Shown piece after piece: positions 30,078-39,070 of a stretch of 64,000 nucleotides of DNA. The notes under the pieces were generated by a model. The model was given only the letters and a program-made list of their open reading frames with translations, did not search any database and was not told the origin of the DNA. The DNA lies in the NCBI GenBank assembly GCA_045597505.1, contig JAZLKE010000034.1, positions 11,288-75,287 of the forward strand. The letters run 5' to 3'. Both the position numbers and the translations under genes were made by a program. Source of the stretch: Clostridia bacterium (GTDB lineage Bacteria; Bacillota; Clostridia; Christensenellales; UBA1242). The first letter of the stretch is position 1, and each line of letters opens with the position of its first letter.

Positions 30078-33000
30078 ATGAAAAAAGAAACTTCTGTATT
30101 TGATTTTGGTCATAATTATGAACCTGCTGATATCTTGGCACAAGTTAAAGCCAAAAATAAAGGCAAACCAAAGTTTAATTTTTTGGACGGTCCTGTAACG
30201 GCGAACGCACCATTGTGTTTGCACCATGGTTGGGGTCGTACTTTGAAAGACGCCTACAATCGCTATAATTCTTTAATCGGTAAGGAAGTCGATTACGTTT
30301 GGGGTTTTGATGCACAAGGTATGTGGGTTGAGGTTGAAGTTGAAAAGCTTTTGGGTTTGAATAATAAAAAAGAAATCACTCAATATGGTATGGATAAATT
30401 TACCGAAAAATGTATTGAACGTGTTAATTTTTTCAAAAATCATCAAACTGAACAAAGTAAACTGTTTGAACAATTGGGTGACTGGGAACATAGTTACATT
30501 ACTAATTCAGATCAAAATATAACTTCAATTTGGCATTTCTTGAAAGTTTGTAACGACAAAAAGATGTTGAAACAAAGTTACAAAACCATGCCATGGTGTC
30601 CGCGTTGTGGTACCAGTTTAAGTGAACACGAAATGAGTGGTAGCTACAAAGAACGCACGCACAAAGCTGTCTTTGTAAAAGCTAAATTGGTTGACCGTGA
30701 CGAACGTATTTTGGTTTGGACGACCACACCTTGGACTTTGGCTGCCAATATGGCGATTGCGGTTAATCCAGAATTTACCTATTGTAAATGCCAAGTCAAG
30801 AGCGATAAAAACTTGTTAATTGTCTGCGAAAAACAACTTAAAGTTTTGCGTTCTGATTTAGTCAAGGTTGTTGAAAAAGTCAAAGGGTCGGACTTAGTTG
30901 GCTTGGTTTATGAACCGTTCTTACAATTAAAGAAACAAGACTTTGAACATAAAATTGTGGCTTGGGATCAAGTTGACGAAATCGACGGTTCAGGTGCTGT
31001 TCATATTGCACCGGGTTGTGGTGCGGAAGACTTTGCCTTGGGTACCAAATTAAATATGGCACCGTTTATTATCCCAGTAGCAGAAAACGGTACATTCTAT
31101 GAAGACTTTGAATGGTTGGCTGGTTTGTCCACTGTCGAATGTGAGCAAACTGTTTTTGACCATTTAAGCCAAAATCAAACCTTATATTATCATCATGATT
31201 ATACACACAATTATCCGTTCTGTTGGCGTTGTAAAACTGACGTAATTTTCCGTTTGGTTGAAGGTTACGATATTGCGACCGATGGTATTCGTAAAGATTT
31301 GTTGAAGGCGGCCGACACAGTTAATTGGACACCTGATTTTATGGGTAAATCTATGCGTCAATGGTTGACCGATATGGGCGATTGGAATATCAGCCGTCGC
31401 CGTTTCTATGGTTTGCCTTTGCCGTTCTATCCGTGTAAAAAATGTGGTCATTTGAATGTAATTGATAGCAAAGAAGAACTTCGCGCGCGTGCGATTGACC
31501 CCGCCAAAGTTGATGCTTTGCCACATTTGCACCGTCCGTACATCGACGAAATCCAAATTACTTGTGAAAAATGTCATGAACCAGTTTCTCGTGTTACGGA
31601 TGTCGGTGACTGTTGGCTTGATGCTGGTATCGCGCCGTTCTCAACTAAACCAAAAGGACAATTCAAAGCCGACATGGTTTTGGAAATGAAAGAGCAAATT
31701 CGTTTGTGGTTCTATTCGCAGTTGTTTATGTCCGTCGTCTTGACAGGGGAAGCACCATACAAAAATGTTGTTGGTCATTCAACAATCGTGGACGAAGATG
31801 GTAAAAAATTCTCCAAGACTGGTCCACGTAAAATCTATATTGAAGATGTGGCTAAACAGTACGGTACTGATGTTTTGCGTTACGCTTTTGCTAGCGCGAA
31901 TCCGACCTTGGATATGCGTTTTGGCGATAGTATTGCCGAAGATGCTAAACGCCGTTTGTTAGCATTATGGAACGCTTATGTGTTCTATACGACTTATGCT
32001 ATGGTGGACAAACCTGACGTGAAGAATTACAAACCAGAAAACTTAGCACCGATTGATTTGTGGTTAGTCCAATTAACCAATCAATATATCCAAGCTACCC
32101 GCGAAGCCTACGATTCATTCAAAATTCATCAAGTTGTTAAATTAACTGATGACTTTGTGGAAGATATTTCCAATTTCTATATTCGCGTCAACCGTCGTCG
32201 TTATTGGAAAAATGGTGAAGACCAAGATAAAATGAACGCGTATTGGTGTTTGTTCCAAGCCTTGCGCAGTGTAACTATCGTTTTAACTCCATTGGTACCC
32301 AGTTATTCCCAATACCTGTGGCAAAATTGCTTTGGCGAAGGTGAGGCACCTGTTATGTTGGCAAATTATCCAACGCCGTTGAAAATCAAGAGCAAGATTA
32401 ACTTGTTAGATACTGTGGCTTTTGTTAAGCAAGTCATTAGTTTAGGCTTGTCATTGCGTGCTGAAAATCAAATTGCCATTAAACAACCATTAGCCAAACT
32501 TTATGTTAAAACTAATCGCATTGACGACATTACAATGTTTGCGGCAATTATTCAAGATCAATTAAATGTTAAACAAATTGAATTGGTTACCGATGACGAA
32601 AAATTTAATGTAGCTTATTTGGCTGTTAATTTCAAAAAAGCTGGTGCAATTTTGAAAAATCGTGTCCAAGAATTAAAAAACGCTTTGCAAAATACCAAAC
32701 AAATGGCGGATTATGTGGCGGCCTATGATGCTGGCGAAAATATTAACATTGCTGGTTTTGATAACTTAACTCCTGATTTGTTTGAACGTAAATTGGCACC
32801 ACGTTCAGGATTCGTCATTACTACCGAAAACGATGTAACAGTAGTTTTGGATACGCAAATTACTGATGATTTAATGTTGGAAGGTATTGCGCGTGAATTG
32901 ATTCGCGGCATTCAATTGGAACGTATGAACCAAAAAATGGAAATTACCGACCGTATCATAATTGACTTCAAGGCTGGCGACGCAAAAACTTACGCGGCAG

Positions 33001-33101
33001 CCTGTGCGCATCAACCACGTATTATGCGGGAAGTCTTAGCAACCGAAATGCACATTACGGAAGGAAAGGGCAAAAATGAAATACACATCCGCTTGGCGTG
33101 A
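30078..33101 (+). CDS. ileS: Isoleucine--tRNA ligase, type 2
   Basis: 1007 aa, with Zn motifs CPRCGTSL and CWRCKT, WNISRRRFYGLPLP, KFSKTG in place of KMSKS, and a C-terminus EGIARELIRGIQLERMNQKMEITDRI typical of type-2 IleRS. The HIGH region is degenerate (LHHGWG). Confidence 0.88.
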   Translation: MKKETSVFDFGHNYEPADILAQVKAKNKGKPKFNFLDGPVTANAPLCLHHGWGRTLKDAYNRYNSLIGKEVDYVWGFDAQGMWVEVEVEKLLGLNNKKEITQYGMDKFTEKCIERVNFFKNHQTEQSKLFEQLGDWEHSYITNSDQNITSIWHFLKVCNDKKMLKQSYKTMPWCPRCGTSLSEHEMSGSYKERTHKAVFVKAKLVDRDERILVWTTTPWTLAANMAIAVNPEFTYCKCQVKSDKNLLIVCEKQLKVLRSDLVKVVEKVKGSDLVGLVYEPFLQLKKQDFEHKIVAWDQVDEIDGSGAVHIAPGCGAEDFALGTKLNMAPFIIPVAENGTFYEDFEWLAGLSTVECEQTVFDHLSQNQTLYYHHDYTHNYPFCWRCKTDVIFRLVEGYDIATDGIRKDLLKAADTVNWTPDFMGKSMRQWLTDMGDWNISRRRFYGLPLPFYPCKKCGHLNVIDSKEELRARAIDPAKVDALPHLHRPYIDEIQITCEKCHEPVSRVTDVGDCWLDAGIAPFSTKPKGQFKADMVLEMKEQIRLWFYSQLFMSVVLTGEAPYKNVVGHSTIVDEDGKKFSKTGPRKIYIEDVAKQYGTDVLRYAFASANPTLDMRFGDSIAEDAKRRLLALWNAYVFYTTYAMVDKPDVKNYKPENLAPIDLWLVQLTNQYIQATREAYDSFKIHQVVKLTDDFVEDISNFYIRVNRRRYWKNGEDQDKMNAYWCLFQALRSVTIVLTPLVPSYSQYLWQNCFGEGEAPVMLANYPTPLKIKSKINLLDTVAFVKQVISLGLSLRAENQIAIKQPLAKLYVKTNRIDDITMFAAIIQDQLNVKQIELVTDDEKFNVAYLAVNFKKAGAILKNRVQELKNALQNTKQMADYVAAYDAGENINIAGFDNLTPDLFERKLAPRSGFVITTENDVTVVLDTQITDDLMLEGIARELIRGIQLERMNQKMEITDRIIIDFKAGDAKTYAAACAHQPRIMREVLATEMHITEGKGKNEIHIRLA

Positions 33102-33933
33102 TTTTGAAATTATTGCTACTGGCGACGGTAAAAAATTGGAACGCTGGGGAAAATATGTTTTATTGCGCCCAGATCCGCAAGCAATCTGGAAAAAATCACT
33201 TGATTACAGCCAATATCCCAATATTTCGGGACATTATCATCGTTCAGCAACGGGCGGTGGTGCTTGGGAATGGTTGAAACCAACCCCAGATGAATGGACA
33301 ATTAAATATAAAAATTTATCCTTTATTATCAGCCCGATGAATTTCAAACATACTGGGTTGTTTCCAGAACAGGCTGTCAATTGGGATATGGTCATGGATG
33401 TTTTGGGTAAACACTCTGGTGCCAAGGTTTTGAATTTGTTCGCCTACACTGGCGGAGCAACTGTGGCTTGTGCTAAGGCTGGTGCTAATGTAACTCATGT
33501 TGATGCCAGTCGTGGCATGACTGACGTTGCTAAACGCAATGTGAATTTGAACAATATCCAATTCGAAAGTGTGCGCTATATTGTGGACGATTGCCAAAAG
33601 TTTGTCGCCCGTGAAATTCGCCGTGGTCGTAAATATGATGCTATTATTATGGATCCGCCGAATTTTGGTCGTGGTGCTAATGGCGAGGTTTGGAAACTGA
33701 CCGAGAACTTAGATAATTTAATTGCCAACTGTGTCCAACTTTTGTCGGATAAACCGTTGTTTATTTTGGTTAATAACTATACGGCTTCGGTACAACCTGC
33801 CGTCATCGAAAATGTTTTGAGAAAAAACCTGAATGGGTTACACTACGAAATCCAAACTTATGAAATTGGATTGCCAACTAAAGAAAAGTTGGTTTTGCCG
33901 TGTGGGGGGGCATCATATGTGTCTTTTTTGTGA
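33076..33933 (+). CDS. Class I SAM-dependent methyltransferase (RlmI/PF10672-like, no PUA domain)
   Basis: VLNLFAYTGGATVA SAM motif and the DPPNFG motif (IIMDPPNFGRG). Confidence 0.8.
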   Translation: MKYTSAWRDFEIIATGDGKKLERWGKYVLLRPDPQAIWKKSLDYSQYPNISGHYHRSATGGGAWEWLKPTPDEWTIKYKNLSFIISPMNFKHTGLFPEQAVNWDMVMDVLGKHSGAKVLNLFAYTGGATVACAKAGANVTHVDASRGMTDVAKRNVNLNNIQFESVRYIVDDCQKFVAREIRRGRKYDAIIMDPPNFGRGANGEVWKLTENLDNLIANCVQLLSDKPLFILVNNYTASVQPAVIENVLRKNLNGLHYEIQTYEIGLPTKEKLVLPCGGASYVSFL

Positions 33934-34216
33934 TTTAGCTAAAAATTGCGTTAAGGAAAATGAACTATGTTACATGTTGTTCGATAAATTTCCTGCAGCA
34001 CCTGGTCACAGTTTGATTATTCCTAAACGCCATGTCACCACGGTCTTTGAAATGACTGCGGAAGAATGGGCGGCGGCTGGCGAGTTAATCAATATTGCCA
34101 AAGCCGAAATTGAAAAGACGCATCAACCAGTTGGCTATAATTTGAAAGTCAACTGCGGAAAAGCTGCTGGCCAAGAAATTATGCACGCCCACATTCATTT
34201 AATCCCTAAATATTAA
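33917..34216 (+). CDS. HIT family hydrolase
   Basis: CLFCD...PGHSLIIPKRHV and the histidine triad HAHIHLIP. The ATG at 33917 was chosen over the track start at 33833, which overlaps the previous gene extensively. Confidence 0.85.
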   Translation: MCLFCDLAKNCVKENELCYMLFDKFPAAPGHSLIIPKRHVTTVFEMTAEEWAAAGELINIAKAEIEKTHQPVGYNLKVNCGKAAGQEIMHAHIHLIPKY

Positions 34217-34232
34217 AAAGGTAGGATTACGA

Positions 34233-34595
34233 ATGATGAGGACAAATTGCGGAAAAGTTAAAACAGGTATTAGTGAGTTTTTAATCGCGTACGAATGTCC
34301 GTCCGATTATGTTGGCTTTCCAATTTTATGTGACTTGTTAAAAGCTGCACTAGAAAATTACACGGAGTTGGCGTCAAATTTGAAATCAATTTATTTGACC
34401 GTAGCGCATAAACGTAAAATTACCAGACTATGTGTCGAACGTAATTTACATACGTTGGTTGAAAAATGGTTAGTACAACCTAAGTTCAAATTACTTTTTG
34501 ATAAAGAACCGACGAACGCAGAATTGCTACACATTTTGGCAAAACGATTGCGTTATTTGAATTGCAGTGTTTATGACACGTTATTAATGCCGTAA
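34233..34595 (+). CDS. Stand-alone Spo0A C-terminal-domain-like DNA-binding protein
   Basis: KITRLCVERNLHTLVEKWL...LFDKEPTNAELLHILAKRL resembles the Spo0A_C pattern (..RVERAIRHAIEVAW...KPTNSEFIA.LADKL). There is no receiver domain. Confidence 0.5.
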   Translation: MMRTNCGKVKTGISEFLIAYECPSDYVGFPILCDLLKAALENYTELASNLKSIYLTVAHKRKITRLCVERNLHTLVEKWLVQPKFKLLFDKEPTNAELLHILAKRLRYLNCSVYDTLLMP

Positions 34596-34613
34596 TTTGA
34601 AAAAAGCATTTAC

Positions 34614-34643
34614 TTGACAAAAAAGTGAAAATCAGCATACTAT
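34614..34643 (+). promoter_or_regulatory. Putative greA promoter
   Basis: TTGACA 34614-34619, 18-nt spacer, TACTAT 34638-34643, then a leader with the AGAGGAG SD. Confidence 0.45.
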
Positions 34644-34678
34644 AATAAAACCATAATCATGGTAAAGAGGAGAAAAAG

Positions 34679-35152
34679 ATGACTACAAGATATGTAACTG
34701 TGGTTGGTAAAAAGAAACTTGAAGACGAATTGGAAGTTTTGAGAGCCAAACGTGAAGACATTGCGGGACAAATTCGTGAAGCGCGTGAATTTGGCGATTT
34801 GAAAGAAAACGCCGAATATGCTGCTGCGCGTGAAGCCCAAAACAACTTGGAAATCCGTGTAAAGGAAGTTGAAGCAACTTTGCAAAACTTAACTGTTTTT
34901 TCATATAAAACTGCCAAAACAGATGCAGTTAATGTTGGTACTGCGGTAACTGTTGAAAATATGCGTACCAAAAAACAAGAAACCTACGTGGTAACTGGTT
35001 TCATAGAATTTGATATTGAAAAGAACTATATTTCCAATGAAAGTCCTAAGGGTAAAGCCTTGCTTGGTAAAAAAGTTGGCGAAATTGCCATCATCAAAAC
35101 ACCAGTCAACCAAATCGAATTAAAAATCTTAAAAATCGCGCATGCGGAGTAA
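34679..35152 (+). CDS. greA: Transcription elongation factor GreA
   Basis: LEDELEVLRAKREDIAGQIREAREFGDLKENAEYAAAREAQ coiled-coil signature plus a C-terminal FKBP-like domain. Confidence 0.95.
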   Translation: MTTRYVTVVGKKKLEDELEVLRAKREDIAGQIREAREFGDLKENAEYAAAREAQNNLEIRVKEVEATLQNLTVFSYKTAKTDAVNVGTAVTVENMRTKKQETYVVTGFIEFDIEKNYISNESPKGKALLGKKVGEIAIIKTPVNQIELKILKIAHAE

Positions 35153-35154
35153 TT

Positions 35155-35928
35155 GTGTTTGATTCTCATTTTCATACGACAGATCCACGCTTAAATAATT
35201 TGCCGGACGTCGTGGCGGGAAAAAATCATGGTGTAGAAATCGGGGCGGACTTTGAAAGTCTGCCCGCTGTTTTTGAATACGCCCGTGAACACGAACACAT
35301 TTATTGTACTGCGGGGGTACATCCTGAATATGCCGACACGTATTCGGCCAATGATTTTGAACATTTTGTTGTGGAACATTTGTCCGAACCAAAATTTGTA
35401 GCGATTGGCGAATGTGGTATTGATTACCACCGTGAAGATTTACCATTACGCGCTCAACAAATTGCGGTTTTTGAGCACCAAATTTTCATGGCGGAGCGTT
35501 ACAAAAAACCTTTGGTCGTTCACAGTCGTGATGCTTGGGAAGATACCGCCAATGTTTTGATTGCCAATCGTAATAAATTAAAAAATGGTGTTTTAATTCA
35601 CTGCATGAGTTATACTGCGGAACAAGCCCAATATTTAATGCAACAATTGAAAGGTATTCCGGTTTACTTTGCTTTTGGTGGACACATTACTTACAAAAAC
35701 AAAGCCTACTTGCATGATACCTTGCGGGCAATTCCATTAAATCGAATTTTGATTGAAACCGATGCGCCATATTTAGCACCTGTACCAAAGCGCGGGGAAA
35801 TCAATCAACCTAAATTTATTCAATATACTGCCGAAACTATGGCGCGAGTATTGGGGAAGACCCCCGCAGAAATTGAAACTTTAACTGCGGAAAATGCCTA
35901 CCGTTTCTACCGCATAAAAGTTGATTAA
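35155..35928 (+). CDS. tatD: TatD family metal-dependent DNase/hydrolase
   Basis: FDSHFH start, GECGIDYH, VVHSRDA, ETDAPYLAP motifs. Confidence 0.9.
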   Translation: MFDSHFHTTDPRLNNLPDVVAGKNHGVEIGADFESLPAVFEYAREHEHIYCTAGVHPEYADTYSANDFEHFVVEHLSEPKFVAIGECGIDYHREDLPLRAQQIAVFEHQIFMAERYKKPLVVHSRDAWEDTANVLIANRNKLKNGVLIHCMSYTAEQAQYLMQQLKGIPVYFAFGGHITYKNKAYLHDTLRAIPLNRILIETDAPYLAPVPKRGEINQPKFIQYTAETMARVLGKTPAEIETLTAENAYRFYRIKVD

Positions 35929-35941
35929 AAACCGCTACATC

Positions 35942-35969
35942 TTGACACCGCTACTTGTTGTGTTATACT
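35942..35969 (+). promoter_or_regulatory. Putative promoter of the LRR surface protein gene
   Basis: TTGACA 35942-35947, 16-nt spacer ending in TGt, TATACT 35964-35969, then the AAAGGGG SD. Confidence 0.5.
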
Positions 35970-35996
35970 TAACATAACAAAAGGGGAAAATGTCAA

Positions 35997-37088
35997 ATGA
36001 AGAAATCTGTTAAATTGGTAATTGTATCTGTCGTTGCTGTGATTGCAGCAACGCTGGCGATTTTAATTCCCATCCGTTTGTCGGCAAGTGCGACCACTCC
36101 GGATGAAACAAAGGAACAACCAGTAGCCGGTGACTATGTGGTTTCTTTTGACTTGGGTTATAATGTTGAACATCGAGTTACAACCCAAACGGTTGCCGAT
36201 GGTGCCTATGCTGAGAGTTCTCAACCCAAACGCGATAACTATGAATTTGTTGATTGGTATCATCGCGGTCAATTATTTGATTTTACAACACCAATTAAAG
36301 AAAATATGACACTGTTAGCAAAATGGAACCAAGTTAGTTACACGGTCGAATTTGATACTTGCGGTGGCGATGAAATGGCGACTATGCAAGTTCCTGTTAA
36401 CCAACAGTTGGACAAAAACAGTTTAATCCCAACTTGGACTAACCACAGTTTCCGCGGTTGGTTCACAGACGCCGGTTACACGCAAATCTTTGATTTCAGC
36501 GCCGATGTTAATAACAGTAACTTGAAACTGTATGCATTGTGGGACTGGAAAGTTGAGTATCAATTTTTATTAAACAAAGATAAAACTGCGTATTCGTTAG
36601 TTTCAATCCATGAAGACAGTCAAAATGGCACTGGTATTGCAGTTATTACTTTACCGAGTGAATATCAAGGTTTGCCGGTAACCGCGGTATCCGATTCTGC
36701 ATTTGAAAATTGCACAACTTTGCAATCCGTGGTTATTCCCGACAGTTATCAATCAATTGGTAAATCGGCTTTCGCTGGTTGTAGTAGTTTGGAAAAAGTT
36801 GTCATTGCTGATTCAGTTACCACAATTGACGCATTCGCTTTTAACCAATGCTTAAGCTTGAACCAAGTTGAATTATCAAAAAATTTACAAAGCATTGGCC
36901 GTTGCGCTTTTCGTAAATGTGAAAGTTTGGTTACAATTGTCATTCCGGCAAGCGTAACCCAAACCGGCGACCATTTATTTACTGGCGCTAATCAATTAAC
37001 TATCATCACTTGTGAAGGCGTTATCGGTGAAGGCTGGAATCCAAATTGGAACGGTAGCACCGCAAATGTCATTGAAGCAAATAATTAA
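35997..37088 (+). CDS. Membrane-anchored surface protein with Listeria-Bacteroides (InlB B-type) repeats and BspA-type leucine-rich repeats
   Basis: N-terminal TM/signal anchor. Two Y.V.F....F.GWF.D....FDF......L.L.A.W repeats. Then three to four repeats of the form AFxxCxSLxxVxIPxSVTxIGxxAF. Confidence 0.8.
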   Translation: MKKSVKLVIVSVVAVIAATLAILIPIRLSASATTPDETKEQPVAGDYVVSFDLGYNVEHRVTTQTVADGAYAESSQPKRDNYEFVDWYHRGQLFDFTTPIKENMTLLAKWNQVSYTVEFDTCGGDEMATMQVPVNQQLDKNSLIPTWTNHSFRGWFTDAGYTQIFDFSADVNNSNLKLYALWDWKVEYQFLLNKDKTAYSLVSIHEDSQNGTGIAVITLPSEYQGLPVTAVSDSAFENCTTLQSVVIPDSYQSIGKSAFAGCSSLEKVVIADSVTTIDAFAFNQCLSLNQVELSKNLQSIGRCAFRKCESLVTIVIPASVTQTGDHLFTGANQLTIITCEGVIGEGWNPNWNGSTANVIEANN

Positions 37089-37092
37089 AATC

Positions 37093-37130
37093 AAAAAGCA
37101 GTCCGGAAAGCGGGCTGCTTTTGTTTTTCT
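37093..37130 (+). terminator. Rho-independent terminator
   Basis: GCAGTCCG gaaag CGGGCTGC stem followed by a T-run. Confidence 0.8.
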
Positions 37131-37199
37131 TTTGTTGAAAGTGTTTCTTTGGTTTGAGTTTATCTTGTGCAAAATAAACTATCTTATACTAATATAGTG

Positions 37200-37208
37200 T
37201 GCTAAACT
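37200..37208 (+). promoter_or_regulatory. Extended -10 (TGcTAAACT) 6 nt upstream of the rsmA GTG
   Basis: gTGcTAAACTgttcaaGTG; no SD. Confidence 0.4.
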
Positions 37209-37214
37209 GTTCAA

Positions 37215-37988
37215 GTGGAATTTGAGTACAAAAAATCTCTTGGACAAAACTTTATTTATGATCTTGGCTTTTTGCGTGGTTTAGTTAAAAAACTTAACGT
37301 CCAAGCCACGGATACCGTAGTGGAGGTCGGTGCTGGTGCTGGAACTTTGACGCAAACTTTGGCAGAAACGGGGTGCCATTTATACAGTGTGGAAATCGAT
37401 AAACGGTTGCAACCGATTTTGACCCAACGTTTACAAGCATATTCAAATGTTGAATTAACCTTTGCCGATGCTATGCAATATGATTTTTCGGCGTTGCCAC
37501 CATTCCGTTTGATTGCAAATGTGCCTTATTACATTACGACACCGTTAATTATGCAATTTTTGGCTTTACCAAATTGTCGCGAATTAAATGTTTTGGTGGC
37601 GGAAGAAGTTGCAGAACGCATTGTTTCGCCACACGGAACCGCGCTTTATGGTGCCTTATCGGTCAGTTGTCAACTGTTGGCGGATTGTCGAATCTTAACC
37701 AAAGTTCCGCGCACCATGTTTACACCAGTCCCGAAAATTGATAGTGCGTTTGTCTGCTTAAAAAAGAACGGACAGCAAATGGATAAAAACATGGAACACC
37801 TATTAAAAGGTGTTTTTGCCGCTCGTCGCAAAACCATGCTGAATGCTTTGTCAAGTGCGTTATCCTTAGATAAAGAAAAGACAGCCGAAATTCTAAACCA
37901 AGCTGGAGTAGCGGTAACGTTGCGACCGGAGCAAGTCACTCCGACACAATTCGCCACAATTTGCGCAATTTCTCAGAAATATTGTTAA
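37215..37988 (+). CDS. rsmA: 16S rRNA (adenine1518/1519-N6)-dimethyltransferase
   Basis: SLGQNFI start, VVEVGAGAGTLT SAM motif, NVPYYITTP motif. Confidence 0.9.
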   Translation: MEFEYKKSLGQNFIYDLGFLRGLVKKLNVQATDTVVEVGAGAGTLTQTLAETGCHLYSVEIDKRLQPILTQRLQAYSNVELTFADAMQYDFSALPPFRLIANVPYYITTPLIMQFLALPNCRELNVLVAEEVAERIVSPHGTALYGALSVSCQLLADCRILTKVPRTMFTPVPKIDSAFVCLKKNGQQMDKNMEHLLKGVFAARRKTMLNALSSALSLDKEKTAEILNQAGVAVTLRPEQVTPTQFATICAISQKYC

Positions 37989-37995
37989 ATTGTTT

Positions 37996-38004
37996 TGTTA
38001 TATT
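37996..38004 (+). promoter_or_regulatory. Extended -10 (TGtTATATT) 6 nt upstream of ATG 38011
   Basis: tTGtTATATTgtcgtaATG; no SD. Confidence 0.35.
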
Positions 38005-38010
38005 GTCGTA

Positions 38011-38442
38011 ATGGCAGTTTTAATAAAAAACATTATTCTTTACGACCGCACAGGCGCAGTGGCGGGCTATTTGGAAATTCGACCTATGGAACAAGGCACG
38101 CATTTGCGATTAAAACATTCTTTGACCGCCAAAGGCTTAATGTTGTCCATGGTCATTGATGGTGTTAATAAAGTCTTAAAAGTTACGGGCAATTTAACCG
38201 AATACGACTTGCAAACATCAATTGATTTAGAATACGAAATCTTTGTTTGTCTTGTTCAACAAAAAGAGCAAGAAATGATTTCGTTGGCCAGTGGTGCAAT
38301 TAACCTCAATCATTTGAAAGGTCAACAAGCCGTAGCTGAAATCGACCACGCAATAAAAAAGATTTGCAGTGTTGATGCCGACGGACACGGTGAATGTGAA
38401 AAGTGTCCATATCGCGAATACTTTTTCAAACAAGCAGAGTAG
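38011..38442 (+). CDS. Hypothetical protein (143 aa) with a C-terminal Cys/His cluster
   Basis: ORF in the track frame. The ATG at 38011 is preferred over the TTG at 37990. It ends in CSVDADGHGECEKCPYREYF. No family recognised. Confidence 0.5.
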   Translation: MAVLIKNIILYDRTGAVAGYLEIRPMEQGTHLRLKHSLTAKGLMLSMVIDGVNKVLKVTGNLTEYDLQTSIDLEYEIFVCLVQQKEQEMISLASGAINLNHLKGQQAVAEIDHAIKKICSVDADGHGECEKCPYREYFFKQAE

Positions 38443-39067
38443 TATTGTGTCCGCCACCTTTTTTAGCGCGAAAGATTGCCAAGTAGATACCTTTGTTATT
38501 GGCTACTAATTTAATTGTCTTAATGCGAAAATTATTATTTTCAAAAATAGTTACGGCTTTAGCTAATTGGTTGGCGGGGTAACAGAAATAAACAGTGCCA
38601 CCATATTTTAGGTTGCGGGTACATAACAAAGCCAAATCTTCCAACGTTAAACTGTCGTCATGACGGGCTTGGCTGACGTTAGTGTTTTGTGCTTTTTTAC
38701 CGGTCGTAAAGTACGGTGGATTGCAAACAATCACGTCCGCGGTATTTGCATTGATAATTGTATGTAATGCGCGTGCATCTGCATGTAAAGCCGTAAAATG
38801 TGTTGCACTAAGTTTGTCTTGGTTAATTGTTAAATTCTTTTCCATTTGTTTGACAGCTTCGGCATTGATATCGACACTAATCATTTCGCGCGGTTGATGG
38901 TCATAAGCAATCAATAAAGTCAGTACGCCCGTACCACAGCCAACATCAATCACGCGGTCGTCTTTTTTACATGTAACGAACTTGGCCAATGCAACCGCAT
39001 CGCTGGAAAGTTTATAAAGGTTGTCGGGTTGTTCAATCAGCAAACCTTCGTCGTTCAAATATTCCAT
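38426..39067 (-). CDS. N6-adenine-type SAM methyltransferase (TrmN6/YfiC-like)
   Basis: VIDVGCGTGVLTL SAM motif and the CNPPYF catalytic motif. Confidence 0.8.
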   Translation of the reverse strand: MEYLNDEGLLIEQPDNLYKLSSDAVALAKFVTCKKDDRVIDVGCGTGVLTLLIAYDHQPREMISVDINAEAVKQMEKNLTINQDKLSATHFTALHADARALHTIINANTADVIVCNPPYFTTGKKAQNTNVSQARHDDSLTLEDLALLCTRNLKYGGTVYFCYPANQLAKAVTIFENNNFRIKTIKLVANNKGIYLAIFRAKKGGGHNTTLLV

Positions 39068-39070
39068 CGC

